The translations under genes and the position numbers were made by a program. From Thermoanaerobaculia bacterium (lineage in GTDB: Bacteria; Acidobacteriota; Thermoanaerobaculia; UBA5066), in the NCBI GenBank assembly GCA_038245905.1, contig JBBRRY010000001.1, positions 160,001 to 224,000 of the forward strand: 64,000 nucleotides of DNA. Reading direction: 5' to 3'. Positions within the stretch are counted from its first letter, which is position 1. Every line of letters starts with the position of its first letter. The notes beneath the pieces were generated by a model. That model saw only the letters and a list, made by a program, of their open reading frames with translations, ran no database searches and was not told where the DNA came from. Positions 1 to 9,129 of the stretch are shown piece after piece.

Positions 1-57
1 GCGCCGGCTTGGCGATGCGTTCCTCGGAAGGCGCGGGGACGTACAATCCCGTCTCGC

Positions 58-546
58 GTGAAGCGCACCGCCGTCTATCCGGGCACGTTCGATCCCATGA
101 CGAACGGCCATGTCGACCTGATCCGGAGAGGTTGCCACCTCTTCGACCGGGTTCTGATCGCGGTCCTCATCAACACGGACAAATCCCCGCTCTTCACCGT
201 CGAGGAGCGGCTCCGCATGATTCGCGCGATCTTCCGGCGCGAGCCGAAGATTGAGGTGAAGTCCTTCAAGGGCCTCCTCGTGAAGTTCATGCGAAAGGAA
301 AAGGCCCGCATCGTCGTGCGCGGACTGCGCGTCGTTTCGGACTTCGAGCATGAGTTCCAGATGGCCCTCATGAACCGCCGGCTCGGCCCGGAGATCGAAA
401 CGCTGTTCCTCACGCCCAAGGAGGAGCTCTCCTACACCTCGAGCCGCCTCGTCAAGCAGGTGCACCAGCTCGGGGGAGACGTGACGGGCCTCGTTCCGGC
501 CCTCGTCCAGCGCGCGCTCGCGAGAAAAGTCCCGAACGGCGGCTAG
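58..546 (+). CDS. coaD: phosphopantetheine adenylyltransferase
   Basis: AVYPGTFDPMTNGH, RGLRVVSDFEHEFQMALMNRRL and SSRLVK motifs; 162 aa. Confidence 0.97.
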   Translation: MKRTAVYPGTFDPMTNGHVDLIRRGCHLFDRVLIAVLINTDKSPLFTVEERLRMIRAIFRREPKIEVKSFKGLLVKFMRKEKARIVVRGLRVVSDFEHEFQMALMNRRLGPEIETLFLTPKEELSYTSSRLVKQVHQLGGDVTGLVPALVQRALARKVPNGG

Positions 547-558
547 AGTTACCCCGCG

Positions 559-760
559 CTACGGGACGACCTGGGTCATCAGGTTGAACTGCTGGAAGCG
601 AGATCGGGGCTCCTTGACTGCGTTCTGCAGGTCGGCTTCGACAAACAGCGGAACATAGCTAATGCGGGCACAAGCGGCCCGCCGCCGAGCCGCCCAGCGC
701 CACTATTCACAGGACCTCCGCCGCTACTCGGGAACTCATGCTGTTGACTTCCCTCAGGGT
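559..760 (-). pseudogene. internally deleted paralog of the 770-1405 lipoprotein gene
   Basis: 559-669 (-) encodes RISYVPLFVEADLQNAVKEPRSRFQQFNLMTQVVP*, collinear with the neighbour's C-terminus RLGYTQFQASGSVQNDVKDHRYRYQDFNFLTQIVP*; 661-760 is a diverged copy of 1329-1430. Confidence 0.8.
661..760. repeat. ~100-bp diverged direct repeat, copy A (copy B at 1329-1430)
   Basis: Shared blocks gcggcccgccgccgagccgcccagcgccac, ttcacaggacct, cgccgctactcgggaac, tgttgacttcc. Confidence 0.93.
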
Positions 761-769
761 TCGGCCGCG

Positions 770-1405
770 CTACGGGACGATCTGGGTCAAGAAGTTGAAA
801 TCTTGGTATCGATAGCGGTGGTCCTTCACATCGTTCTGGACGGACCCACTCGCCTGGAATTGGGTGTATCCCAGCCTGGCGCTTGGATCGACGACGATCT
901 CGGCCGTGAAAGAGAGCCGGCTGCCGGTCGTGAAGGTACCGCCCCACAAGACGATGTCCCACCCTCCACCCTCGGCACCCGGTGGTGTCGTGCCGATCCG
1001 CACACCTTGAAAAGACAGAAATCGTACGCTTGTGACGAAGCCGTAGACGAAGCTCCAGGTGAGAGTGCTTTTCTCCCACTCTCCGACGCCAGGTTTGCCG
1101 ACGATCGTAGCCGTGAACGTGACTTCCTGGCCGCGATGAATCACGGGCGGAAAGTCGTGTGTGAGGACGACGATGTCGGAACCGCCTGGGAAGGGAGTTG
1201 GAATGGGCGGGGGCGCTGGTGTGGGCGTGCTGGTGGGCGTCGGCGTCGCCAGCTTAACTTCAGTCGGAGTCTCCTTGCCGCACGAGACGGTGCCGCCGAG
1301 CGACGCCGCGACTAGAAGAAGGACCATGAACGCTGGCACGGGCGGCCCGCCGCCGAGCCGCCCAGCGCCACACTTCACAGGACCTTCGCCGCTACTCGGG
1401 AACAT
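770..1405 (-). CDS. putative secreted lipoprotein with Pro/Thr linker and beta-rich domain (start may be as late as 1327)
   Basis: Hydrophobic MVLLLVAASLGGTVS then Cys; TPTPTSTPTPAPPPIPTP linker; stop overlaps the repeat. Confidence 0.7.
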   Translation of the reverse strand: MFPSSGEGPVKCGAGRLGGGPPVPAFMVLLLVAASLGGTVSCGKETPTEVKLATPTPTSTPTPAPPPIPTPFPGGSDIVVLTHDFPPVIHRGQEVTFTATIVGKPGVGEWEKSTLTWSFVYGFVTSVRFLSFQGVRIGTTPPGAEGGGWDIVLWGGTFTTGSRLSFTAEIVVDPSARLGYTQFQASGSVQNDVKDHRYRYQDFNFLTQIVP

Positions 1406-1430
1406 TCACGTTGTTGACTTCCTTCAAGGC
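1329..1430. repeat. ~100-bp diverged direct repeat, copy B
   Basis: See copy A at 661-760. Confidence 0.93.
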
Positions 1431-3172
1431 AGGCGTAGCTGGGTTTGTCCAGAGCCCCCTCGAGTTGAAGTCGTCATAAAAGGCGTTGAAAGTGAAGTAG
1501 TTCGTCCAGTTATGCAGGAGGCCGAGCGAGTATGTGACGGTGTCGCGACCGGCATCCCGGCCCGAGCCTGCCGTTGGATCGTTCTCTGTGTCGAAGAGAT
1601 CCCAGAAAAAAGCCTGCACGTTTCCTTCTAAACGATAGCCTGGCGCGCAGGTGGTGTAGCACTCAACGTCAGGAAACGACAGGCAAGGGACCAAGTAGTC
1701 ACGGCCATCTGGCTCCCACCATGAGGCGTGCCAGTCGGCGAAGCCCTCGCTGAAGGAGGTCACGTCGCCGGAGCTTATGCAGTACGAGTGAGTGCCACCG
1801 CCAGCGAGCGATCCTCCCTGAAGTTCGTATTGAAAGAAGTGCCCGAATTCGTGGGCCATGAGCCACTTGAACACCCAGCGCCCCGAATCGTTGAATTCGA
1901 CGAGCCCTGGGCTCGTGGGAATGAACGCCGCGTTTGCGTCCTGGAACGTGGGGTCGTATCCAGCCTTGAAAGGCGTGAACGAGGCACCGAAGCCGCTGTC
2001 TGACCACCTTTTCTGGAGGGACTTGATCTCCTCGTTCCAATTGAAGAGGAAGGCGTTCGCGGTGCTGTTCGTATCGAACAGGGGGTACATCATGTATGTC
2101 CCGCCATTCCAGCCACCGAAATAATAGGCGGGCCCGACCTCCTGGGTCACGAGCGTGATTGAGGCGGTACCAGCAGCGCGGCTGCCGGCGTCCGGGGCCG
2201 TTGTCACGAAGGTCACGGCGGGGTTGGGGCCGCCGGGGCCTGTATAGCTGGTCACGTTGATCGTGAAGGTGGCGTTCGGATCTCCCGTCGTCGTCCCGGT
2301 GAAACGCGTAGTCCGGTACTGGTAATAGTCGCAGTAGTTCTCCCAGAGAACCTGGGTGTCCACGCCGACGGCGTACCCCTCCCCAATGCGCTCGATCCCC
2401 TGCTGATAAAGGTTGTAGTAGCTCACAAAGCCCGACACCGGGAAGCTGTAGTTCAGATCGGAAATGTGAAACTTGCCGCAAGGTTCGGGCGGGCTCAGCG
2501 GGCCCACGGATTCCATGCTGGCGAGCCGATCCCACGCCAACTGCGCGGGGCTGTCCGGGACGAACGTGCCAGCGGACGGCTGTTCAGAAGCTGCGATGTC
2601 GCCAGCTGAGGTGGGTACGGGCCTCTTCTTGGCCGCGAGCGTTGCATCCAGCGCTCGCCGCGCGGCCTTCTCTGCTGCGTCAGCGGCGGACCGGCCGGCA
2701 CGGCCTTCGACGATGCCTCGAACTCTTTCGCGGTGACCTGCTTCAACACATTTCCTGGTGTTCGACCGAATTCGAAGACCTCCGCACCAAGCTCCTTTCC
2801 GGCCGGGGAGACCACCTTTACGATAAGCGTCCCAGCCTCGCGGCCACCAACCATCTTCAACGAAATGGGCATGCGAACCACTTGTTCGACGGGAAGGGTA
2901 ACGGACGCCTCCACGGGCAATACCTCGATGTCCCCCAAGGCGTGCGGTACGACACGGGCGGTGGGAATCGCGAAGTGCCGTGCCTCGATCGTCAGAATGA
3001 AGATGCCGTCCGGTCCAGCGGGCGCCGTTTCGAACGAGCCACCGATCGAGATATTCGGCGATACGGTTGCCGACGTGGGCTGACTCCAGGCGATTGCCGT
3101 GGCTGTCGCCAGCAGCGCCAGCCATGAGAAGGACCGCTTTGCACCAAGACGTTTCTTTGCGCTTCTGTCCAT
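1392..3172 (-). pseudogene. secreted zinc metallopeptidase (gluzincin-like), split by a frameshift near 2690-2705
   Basis: ORF from 3172 has AAGGAG RBS and signal peptide; the other frame continues with AHEFGHFF and downstream SFSEGFADW. Confidence 0.75.
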
Positions 3173-3180
3173 CTAAGAAC

Positions 3181-3217
3181 TCCTTGGGGGCTCAGAAGGG
3201 TTCCGCTCCCCCAAGGA
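3181..3217. promoter_or_regulatory. perfect 10-bp inverted repeat covering the peptidase RBS
   Basis: TCCTTGGGGG (3181-3190) / CCCCCAAGGA (3208-3217); minus-strand AAGGAG at 3180-3185. Confidence 0.6.
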
Positions 3218-3244
3218 ACAGGTATCCGCGACGGACACGGAAAG

Positions 3245-4051
3245 ATGCGGGCGCTTCAACTCTCTCGGCATGCAGGTGCATCGTTGTTCGGCTGTGCCTT
3301 CGGTGTTGGGGTTGAGGCCGTGGAAGACGCCGCTCCAGCTGGCCTGACCGAAGACACCGGCGCGTTCTTGCTGAATGAGCTTCGGCGATACTCCCGGATG
3401 GCGCGCGTTCCACGGGAGTCGGAAGACGACGTCGTTGGGGCAGCCACACTGTGGATCGTGAGTCATCGTCAGGCCGGGCGAGCAGTCTCCAAGGGCTGGA
3501 TTCGCGTGGTCCTGTCAAAGTTTCTGGACGCACAAAGGAAATCGGCAGCGCGCGACGCCGTTCGTTTCATACGCATGCCCACGTTCGAGTCAGGGCGGTG
3601 CCGGCCGAGCAGAGCATCTTCTTCCCTGACCTACGACGAAATGACCCGAGCCCTCAGTACGGCGGATAAGGGGGGCGTTGAATCGCTTCTCGCTGGTCAC
3701 ACGTGGAGGGAGACCTTGAACTCGATGGGCGCGACCGCAGGCACCCACACACGATGCAGGGAGCGCCTGCGGCGCCGAATGGCAGAAGCATTGTCAGTGC
3801 TCGGCATCCGAAATGCCCTGGCTCTCGAAGGCGCTGAAACGGGCTATGTGGACAGCCGTCCGAAAGATCGAAACGCGTCCGCGATCGCCTCGGGAACGGT
3901 GCGTGGCTTGCCGGAGCCGTCGAGGAACAGGTGCTGCGTTTCGCCCTCGGCCGCCAGATGGCCGTCCGGCAGGACGACCTCGTATGCGAAAGAGCAGCCG
4001 CGGCTCTTCAGCGAGGTCATCCACGCCCGCACGACGACCGTGTCGCCGTAG
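3245..4051 (+). CDS. divergent ECF-type sigma-70-like factor (start uncertain, perhaps GTG 3320; 3' end overlaps the thioesterase antisense)
   Basis: Region-2-like SEDDVVGAATLW..GWIRVVLSKFLDAQRK and region-4-like ALSTADKGGVESLLAGHTWRETLNSMGATAGTHTRCRERLRRRM. Confidence 0.5.
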   Translation: MRALQLSRHAGASLFGCAFGVGVEAVEDAAPAGLTEDTGAFLLNELRRYSRMARVPRESEDDVVGAATLWIVSHRQAGRAVSKGWIRVVLSKFLDAQRKSAARDAVRFIRMPTFESGRCRPSRASSSLTYDEMTRALSTADKGGVESLLAGHTWRETLNSMGATAGTHTRCRERLRRRMAEALSVLGIRNALALEGAETGYVDSRPKDRNASAIASGTVRGLPEPSRNRCCVSPSAARWPSGRTTSYAKEQPRLFSEVIHARTTTVSP

Positions 4052-4278
4052 CGCACCGAGCGGCGGTACCGGACGCGCACCTCGGTGACGGTAATCAAGG
4101 AGCCTTCGGCCTCCATCTTTGGGTAGGGGTACCCCGCACGTTCGCAGTACGCCGTCCGAGCGACTTCGAACCAGATGACGTAGTTGCCGTGGTAGACGAC
4201 GCGCTGGGCATCGGTCTCGGCGTAGCGCACCTGAATGGACGTCTCGACGGCGGGAGGTGGCGTGCTCACGATCCCCAT
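3844..4278 (-). CDS. acyl-CoA thioesterase, YbgC/4HBT family
   Basis: VRYAETDAQRVVYHGNYVIWFEVAR motif. Confidence 0.92.
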   Translation of the reverse strand: MGIVSTPPPAVETSIQVRYAETDAQRVVYHGNYVIWFEVARTAYCERAGYPYPKMEAEGSLITVTEVRVRYRRSVRYGDTVVVRAWMTSLKSRGCSFAYEVVLPDGHLAAEGETQHLFLDGSGKPRTVPEAIADAFRSFGRLST

Positions 4279-4288
4279 AGACTAGACG

Positions 4289-5515
4289 ATGCCAATGAAC
4301 GCGCTCTTCCGGGGGGATGGCTGGGGATTGCAGGACGGGGGAGGACCGGGGAGAGAACCGCGGAGAGAACCGGGGATTTTCTTTGAGGGTGAAGAGGAGA
4401 ATTTCCGGGCGGAGAGGCCGGAGCAGGTGCCCAGCGTCCTCTCTGCGCTCGACGAGATCGCCGCAAGCGGGGATCCAGGCCTTCTCGCCGCTGGATTCAT
4501 CTCGTACGAAGCGGGAGTCTGGCTCGAAGGCTCGACCGCGCTCGTCAGAGAACATGCATTTCTTCCTTTCGCAGAATTCTCCATCTTCAAATCCCACCAT
4601 TCCACCGTCCGTCGCCCCGCACCGCCGCCCCATGCCGGTTTCCCGCTCTTCACAATCAGAGAATCCGCGAGCGCGGAGCGCTCGCTCTCTCCGGACAATT
4701 GGACCCGCGGCGTCGCCGCGATTCGCGACGGGATCGCCCGGGGCGACGTCTATCAAGTGAACCTCTCGAGCCGCTCCCGCTTTCCGGGAGGTGTAGATCC
4801 CTCCTCCCTCGCGCGTGCTCTCTATGACGACAACCCCGTGCCGTTCGCCGTGACGCTCGCGGGCGACGACTGGTCCGTGGTGTCGAACTCGCCGGAGCTC
4901 TTTCTCGACGTCGACCTCGCGGCGCGACGCGTCGTCACGAAGCCGATCAAGGGCACGATCGCGCGCGCACCGGACGAAGAAGGGGACGCACGGCGCCGCG
5001 CGGCGCTCCTCGCCTCGGCGAAGGACGCCGCGGAGAACGTGATGATCGTGGACCTCCTGAGGAATGACCTGGGGAAGGTCGCGGAACCGGGACGCGTCGA
5101 AACGACAGCGCTCCGGGTGCTCCGATCGTTCCGCCATCTGCACCATCTGGAGTCCGCCGTGCAAGCCCGACTCCGCCCCGGCACGGGGCTCGCCGACGTC
5201 CTCCGCGCGACGCTGCCCGGCGGCTCGATCACGGGCGCGCCGAAGCGCGCGGCTCTCCGCTTCATCCATGACCTCGAGCCCGTCGCGCGCGGCGCCTATT
5301 GCGGCGCGGCAGGGTTCGTGCGCGGCGACGGCCGGGCCGTCTTCAACGTGGCGATCCGCACGGCGCTCGTCGGGCGGGATACAGTCGACTACCACGCCGG
5401 GAGCGGAATCGTGTGGGACTCCCGGCCGGGCGCCGAGTGGCGTGAAATGGAATCGAAGTCGCGGGAATTCGGCGCGGCGATGGTCGCGCTCGTCGCACGG
5501 GCCGGAGGAAGGTGA
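4289..5515 (+). CDS. pabB: aminodeoxychorismate synthase component I / chorismate-binding enzyme
   Basis: GDVYQVNL, SPELF, PIKGT, AENVMIVDLLRNDLG, PGGSITGAPK, NVAIRT; next to an aminotransferase class IV gene. Confidence 0.85.
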   Translation: MPMNALFRGDGWGLQDGGGPGREPRREPGIFFEGEEENFRAERPEQVPSVLSALDEIAASGDPGLLAAGFISYEAGVWLEGSTALVREHAFLPFAEFSIFKSHHSTVRRPAPPPHAGFPLFTIRESASAERSLSPDNWTRGVAAIRDGIARGDVYQVNLSSRSRFPGGVDPSSLARALYDDNPVPFAVTLAGDDWSVVSNSPELFLDVDLAARRVVTKPIKGTIARAPDEEGDARRRAALLASAKDAAENVMIVDLLRNDLGKVAEPGRVETTALRVLRSFRHLHHLESAVQARLRPGTGLADVLRATLPGGSITGAPKRAALRFIHDLEPVARGAYCGAAGFVRGDGRAVFNVAIRTALVGRDTVDYHAGSGIVWDSRPGAEWREMESKSREFGAAMVALVARAGGR

Positions 5516-6313
5516 TTGATGGCCGTTGAATACGCTCCCGTCCCGTTCCTCTCTCCCGCCGTCCAGCGCGGCTTCGGTTTTTTCGAGACGGCGCTCCTCG
5601 TGGGCCGGCGGGCGGTCCTTTGGGAACCGCACCTCGACCGGATGGAGCGGATCCTGACGAGACTCGACCTGCCTAAGCCTTCTCGAGAGCGCCTGAACGC
5701 CGCCGCGAGGGCGGTCCTCGACGCGTCGCCCGCGGCTGGACCGGAAGAGCAGCGCGCGCTCCGTCTCACCTGGTTCGCCGAGGGGGACGACCTAGACGAC
5801 GAGAATTCCTTCCGGCTCGAAGCGCACCTCCTGCCGATTCCCGAGAGCCGACTCGCGCGGCGGAAGGGATCGCACTCCGTCTCGCTCCCGCTGGACATCC
5901 AGCGGGACACGCCGGGCGTGAAGTCGACGAGCTACTTCGCCGCGATCCAGGGCGGGCGCCTCGCGAAGAAAGCCGGAGGCGACGAGGGTCTCCTACGCTC
6001 TCTGGGCGGGCACTACCTCGAAGGCACGACGACGGGCCTCGCCGCCTGGAACGGGGGAGCGCCCGTCCTCGCGCCGAAAGGCGCGCTCCCGAGCGTGACC
6101 GCAGCGGCCTTCTTCGGTGGGTCGTCCGGCTCCGCGCCCCTCACTGCGGAGAAGCTTCGAGAAGGGGCGCTCCTCCTCGGCTCGCTCACGATGGCGACGC
6201 CCATCCTGACGCTGGACGCCGTGCCCTGTGCCCTCCCACCGGAGATGCTCGCGCGCATCGCCGCGTTCAATCGGCGGCTCCTTCAGGATCCTTCCTTTGG
6301 CGCGGAGCTCTAG
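5516..6313 (+). CDS. aminotransferase class IV (PabC-like ADC lyase)
   Basis: RGFGFFET, HLDRM, VKSTSY (PLP Lys), LEGT, LPSVT. Confidence 0.82.
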   Translation: MMAVEYAPVPFLSPAVQRGFGFFETALLVGRRAVLWEPHLDRMERILTRLDLPKPSRERLNAAARAVLDASPAAGPEEQRALRLTWFAEGDDLDDENSFRLEAHLLPIPESRLARRKGSHSVSLPLDIQRDTPGVKSTSYFAAIQGGRLAKKAGGDEGLLRSLGGHYLEGTTTGLAAWNGGAPVLAPKGALPSVTAAAFFGGSSGSAPLTAEKLREGALLLGSLTMATPILTLDAVPCALPPEMLARIAAFNRRLLQDPSFGAEL

Positions 6314-6335
6314 CAGGGACTACACTTTCCCTGTT

Positions 6336-7463
6336 ATGGCCAAAGCTCGCCCCTCCGTCTCTTCCCGCTCCCCCCGCTCGTCCCGCCACGTCCTGTTCAC
6401 GGGGTTTCCCGGCTTCATCGGGGCACGGCTCATCCCCCGGCTCCTGGAGCTCGAGCCCGGCACGACGTTCCATTGCCTCGTGCAGGAGAAGTTTCTCTCC
6501 GCGGCCGACGCTTCGGTCGCGGCTCTCGGGGAAGAGCATCCCGGCACGAAAGGGCGCATCCGTCTCGTCGTCGGCGACATCACGGCGCCCGGTCTCGGGC
6601 TCGCGGCGTCCCAGGCGAAGGCTCTCCTGAAGGGCCTCGCAGGCTGCTACCACCTCGCGGCGGTCTACGACCTCGCCGTCGCAAAGGACGTCGGGATGCG
6701 GATCAACGTCGAGGGCACGAAGAACGTCCTCGAGTTTCTGGCGGGCGCTGAGGCCTTCGAGCGGCTCGACTACGTCTCGACAGCCTACGTGTCCGGCACC
6801 GCTGTCGGGACGTATCGCGAGACCGATCTCGACGTCGGACAGAAGTTCAAGAACTTCTACGAGGAGACGAAGTTCCTGGCCGAAGTCGCCGTGAAGGAGA
6901 GCGGGATTCCCGCCGCGATCTACCGGCCGGGCATCGTGGTCGGAAATTCGAAGACGGGGGAAACGGCGAAGTTCGACGGCCCCTACTACTCCCTGAACGC
7001 GATGGGCGTGCTCCCGTCCCCCGGTGCGTTCATCAAAGTGGGGACGGGCGACGCCGAGGTGAACCTCGTTCCCGTGGACTTCGTGCTCGAGGCGATCGCA
7101 CGCCTCTCGACGTGGCCGGGCGCGATCGGAAAGACCTACCATCTGACGGACCCTGGCCCCGCGACGGCGTTCGAGATCGAGGAGATGTTCGCGAAGGCGC
7201 TCGGCAAGTCCTTCCTCTACGTCCCGGTGCCTCTCCTCGTCGCGAAGCTGCTCTTCACGCCGAAACAGATCCAGAAGGCGTTCGGGATGCCCGTCCAGTC
7301 GCTCGACTACTTCGACCATCCGGTGCACTACGACGCGAAGCAGGCCACGAAGGATCTCGCGCGCTTCGACGTCGCCTGCCCGCCTTTCGCCGACTACGTC
7401 CAGCGGCTGGTGGCGTTCTGGCGCACGAAGAAGGACGCCATCACGCGCGGCGCGATGATCTGA
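6336..7463 (+). CDS. extended SDR oxidoreductase (NAD_binding_4 / fatty acyl reductase-like)
   Basis: TGFPGFIG, HLAAVYD, YVSTAYV, YEETK, RPGIVVG. Confidence 0.9.
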   Translation: MAKARPSVSSRSPRSSRHVLFTGFPGFIGARLIPRLLELEPGTTFHCLVQEKFLSAADASVAALGEEHPGTKGRIRLVVGDITAPGLGLAASQAKALLKGLAGCYHLAAVYDLAVAKDVGMRINVEGTKNVLEFLAGAEAFERLDYVSTAYVSGTAVGTYRETDLDVGQKFKNFYEETKFLAEVAVKESGIPAAIYRPGIVVGNSKTGETAKFDGPYYSLNAMGVLPSPGAFIKVGTGDAEVNLVPVDFVLEAIARLSTWPGAIGKTYHLTDPGPATAFEIEEMFAKALGKSFLYVPVPLLVAKLLFTPKQIQKAFGMPVQSLDYFDHPVHYDAKQATKDLARFDVACPPFADYVQRLVAFWRTKKDAITRGAMI

Positions 7464-7473
7464 GGACGAGGCC

Positions 7474-9120
7474 TTGAAGAAGCGCGCGTTCACGAACAAG
7501 CCGATCATCGACGGGCGGGACGTCGACACCGGGAGGATGTTCAAGGCCGTGAACCCGGCGACGGGCGAGCCCTTCGCGGACGTCTTCCGCGCCGGCCCGC
7601 GCGAGATCGACGCCGCCGTCGCCTCGGCCCGCAAGGCGTTCCTCTCGTGGTCGTCGACGCCCGTCGCCGTGCGCCAGCGCCTCCTCGCGCGTCTCCTCGA
7701 GGAGGTCCGAAAGTCGCACGACGACGTCGCCCGGCTCATCGCGACCGAGCAGGGCAAGCCGGTTGGCGAGGCGCGTGCCGTGGACATCGTCCCGGCCGCG
7801 GACACGCTCCGTTACCTCTCGCGGCATGCGGGCAAGATCCTCGCCGAGCGGTCGGTGGACTACGCGCAGATCCTCTTCTCCCACAAGTCGGGTCTGGTCC
7901 GGTTCGAGCCTCTTGGCGTCGTCGCGATCGTCACGCCCTGGAACTTCCCGTTCGGGATCCCGTTCGTCGAGGTCGCGGCCTGCCTCGCGGCCGGAGACAC
8001 GGTCGTCCTCAAGCCCGCCTCGGCGACCGCGCTCACGGGCCTCGCCGTCGGCGACCTTTGCCGGCGCGCAGGGATCCCGCCCGGCGTCGTCAATGTCGTA
8101 ACGGCGAGCGGTGAGGACACCAATCGCCTCGTGGAGCACGCGGGGATTTCGAAGGTCCTCTTCACAGGCGGCGTGGAGACGGGAATCGGCGTCATGCAAC
8201 GCGCCGCGAAGAACCTCACGAGCGTCGTCCTCGAGCTCGGCGGCAAGGACCCTGCCGTCGTCGCGGCGGACGCGGACCTCGACCGCGCGTCTTCGGGCCT
8301 CGTCTGGGGCGCGTTCGTGAACGCGGGGCAGGCCTGCGGGTCCGTCGAGCGCGTCTACGTCGTGAAGGACGTCGCCGAGGAATTCCTCGGGAAGGTCGTC
8401 GCGAAGGCGAAGGCGCTGAGGCTCGGCGACCCGCTCTCGCCGACGACCGACATGGGCCCGCTCACGACGGAGGCTCAGCGCACCCTCGTCGAAGCCCACG
8501 TGGCGGACGCGAGGGCGAAGGGCGCGAAGATCCTGACGGGTGGCCAGCGGCCGCGCGCGAAGGGCTGGTGGTACCCGCCGACCGTCCTGACGGACGTCGA
8601 CCACTCGATGCGCTGCATGCACGAGGAGACGTTCGGCCCCCTCCTGCCGGTCATGGTCGTCGATTCCCTCGACGAGGCGATCCGCCTCGCGAACGAATCG
8701 GAGTTCGGCCTCACCGCGTCCGGCTGGACGCGCTCGCGGCGGACGGCTCGGCGTCTCGCCGAGGACCTCCACGCGGGCACGGTCACGATCAACGACCACC
8801 TGTTTTCGTTCGGCGAGCCCACGGCGACCTGGGGCGGCATCAAGAAGTCGGGTGTCGGGCGCAGCCACGCGGCCTTCGGCCTCCACGAGCTCGTCAACAT
8901 CAAGCACGTGAGCGTGGACATGGGCAAGGCCGCCGCCATGCCGTGGTGGTATCCGTATGACTCGGCTTTCCACACCTTCACGAAGAGGGCGTTCGGGACC
9001 CTCTACTCGAACGACCCCCGGACGAAAGTCCCCGCCGCGCTCGGCCTCCTTGGCAGCGGCCGCTTCTTCGGTTACGTGAAGGTCTCGACGCTCGCATCGC
9101 GGCTCGGGAAAGTGTTCTAG
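7474..9120 (+). CDS. aldehyde dehydrogenase family protein
   Basis: TPWNFP, KPAS, FTGG, LELGGKDP, NAGQAC, EETFGP. Confidence 0.95.
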   Translation: MKKRAFTNKPIIDGRDVDTGRMFKAVNPATGEPFADVFRAGPREIDAAVASARKAFLSWSSTPVAVRQRLLARLLEEVRKSHDDVARLIATEQGKPVGEARAVDIVPAADTLRYLSRHAGKILAERSVDYAQILFSHKSGLVRFEPLGVVAIVTPWNFPFGIPFVEVAACLAAGDTVVLKPASATALTGLAVGDLCRRAGIPPGVVNVVTASGEDTNRLVEHAGISKVLFTGGVETGIGVMQRAAKNLTSVVLELGGKDPAVVAADADLDRASSGLVWGAFVNAGQACGSVERVYVVKDVAEEFLGKVVAKAKALRLGDPLSPTTDMGPLTTEAQRTLVEAHVADARAKGAKILTGGQRPRAKGWWYPPTVLTDVDHSMRCMHEETFGPLLPVMVVDSLDEAIRLANESEFGLTASGWTRSRRTARRLAEDLHAGTVTINDHLFSFGEPTATWGGIKKSGVGRSHAAFGLHELVNIKHVSVDMGKAAAMPWWYPYDSAFHTFTKRAFGTLYSNDPRTKVPAALGLLGSGRFFGYVKVSTLASRLGKVF

Positions 9121-9129
9121 CCTTCCCTC

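Noticed and set aside
661-1430. Repeat pair as DGR template/variable repeat
   Set aside because: Mismatches are not adenine-specific, there is an indel, and the window has no reverse transcriptase.
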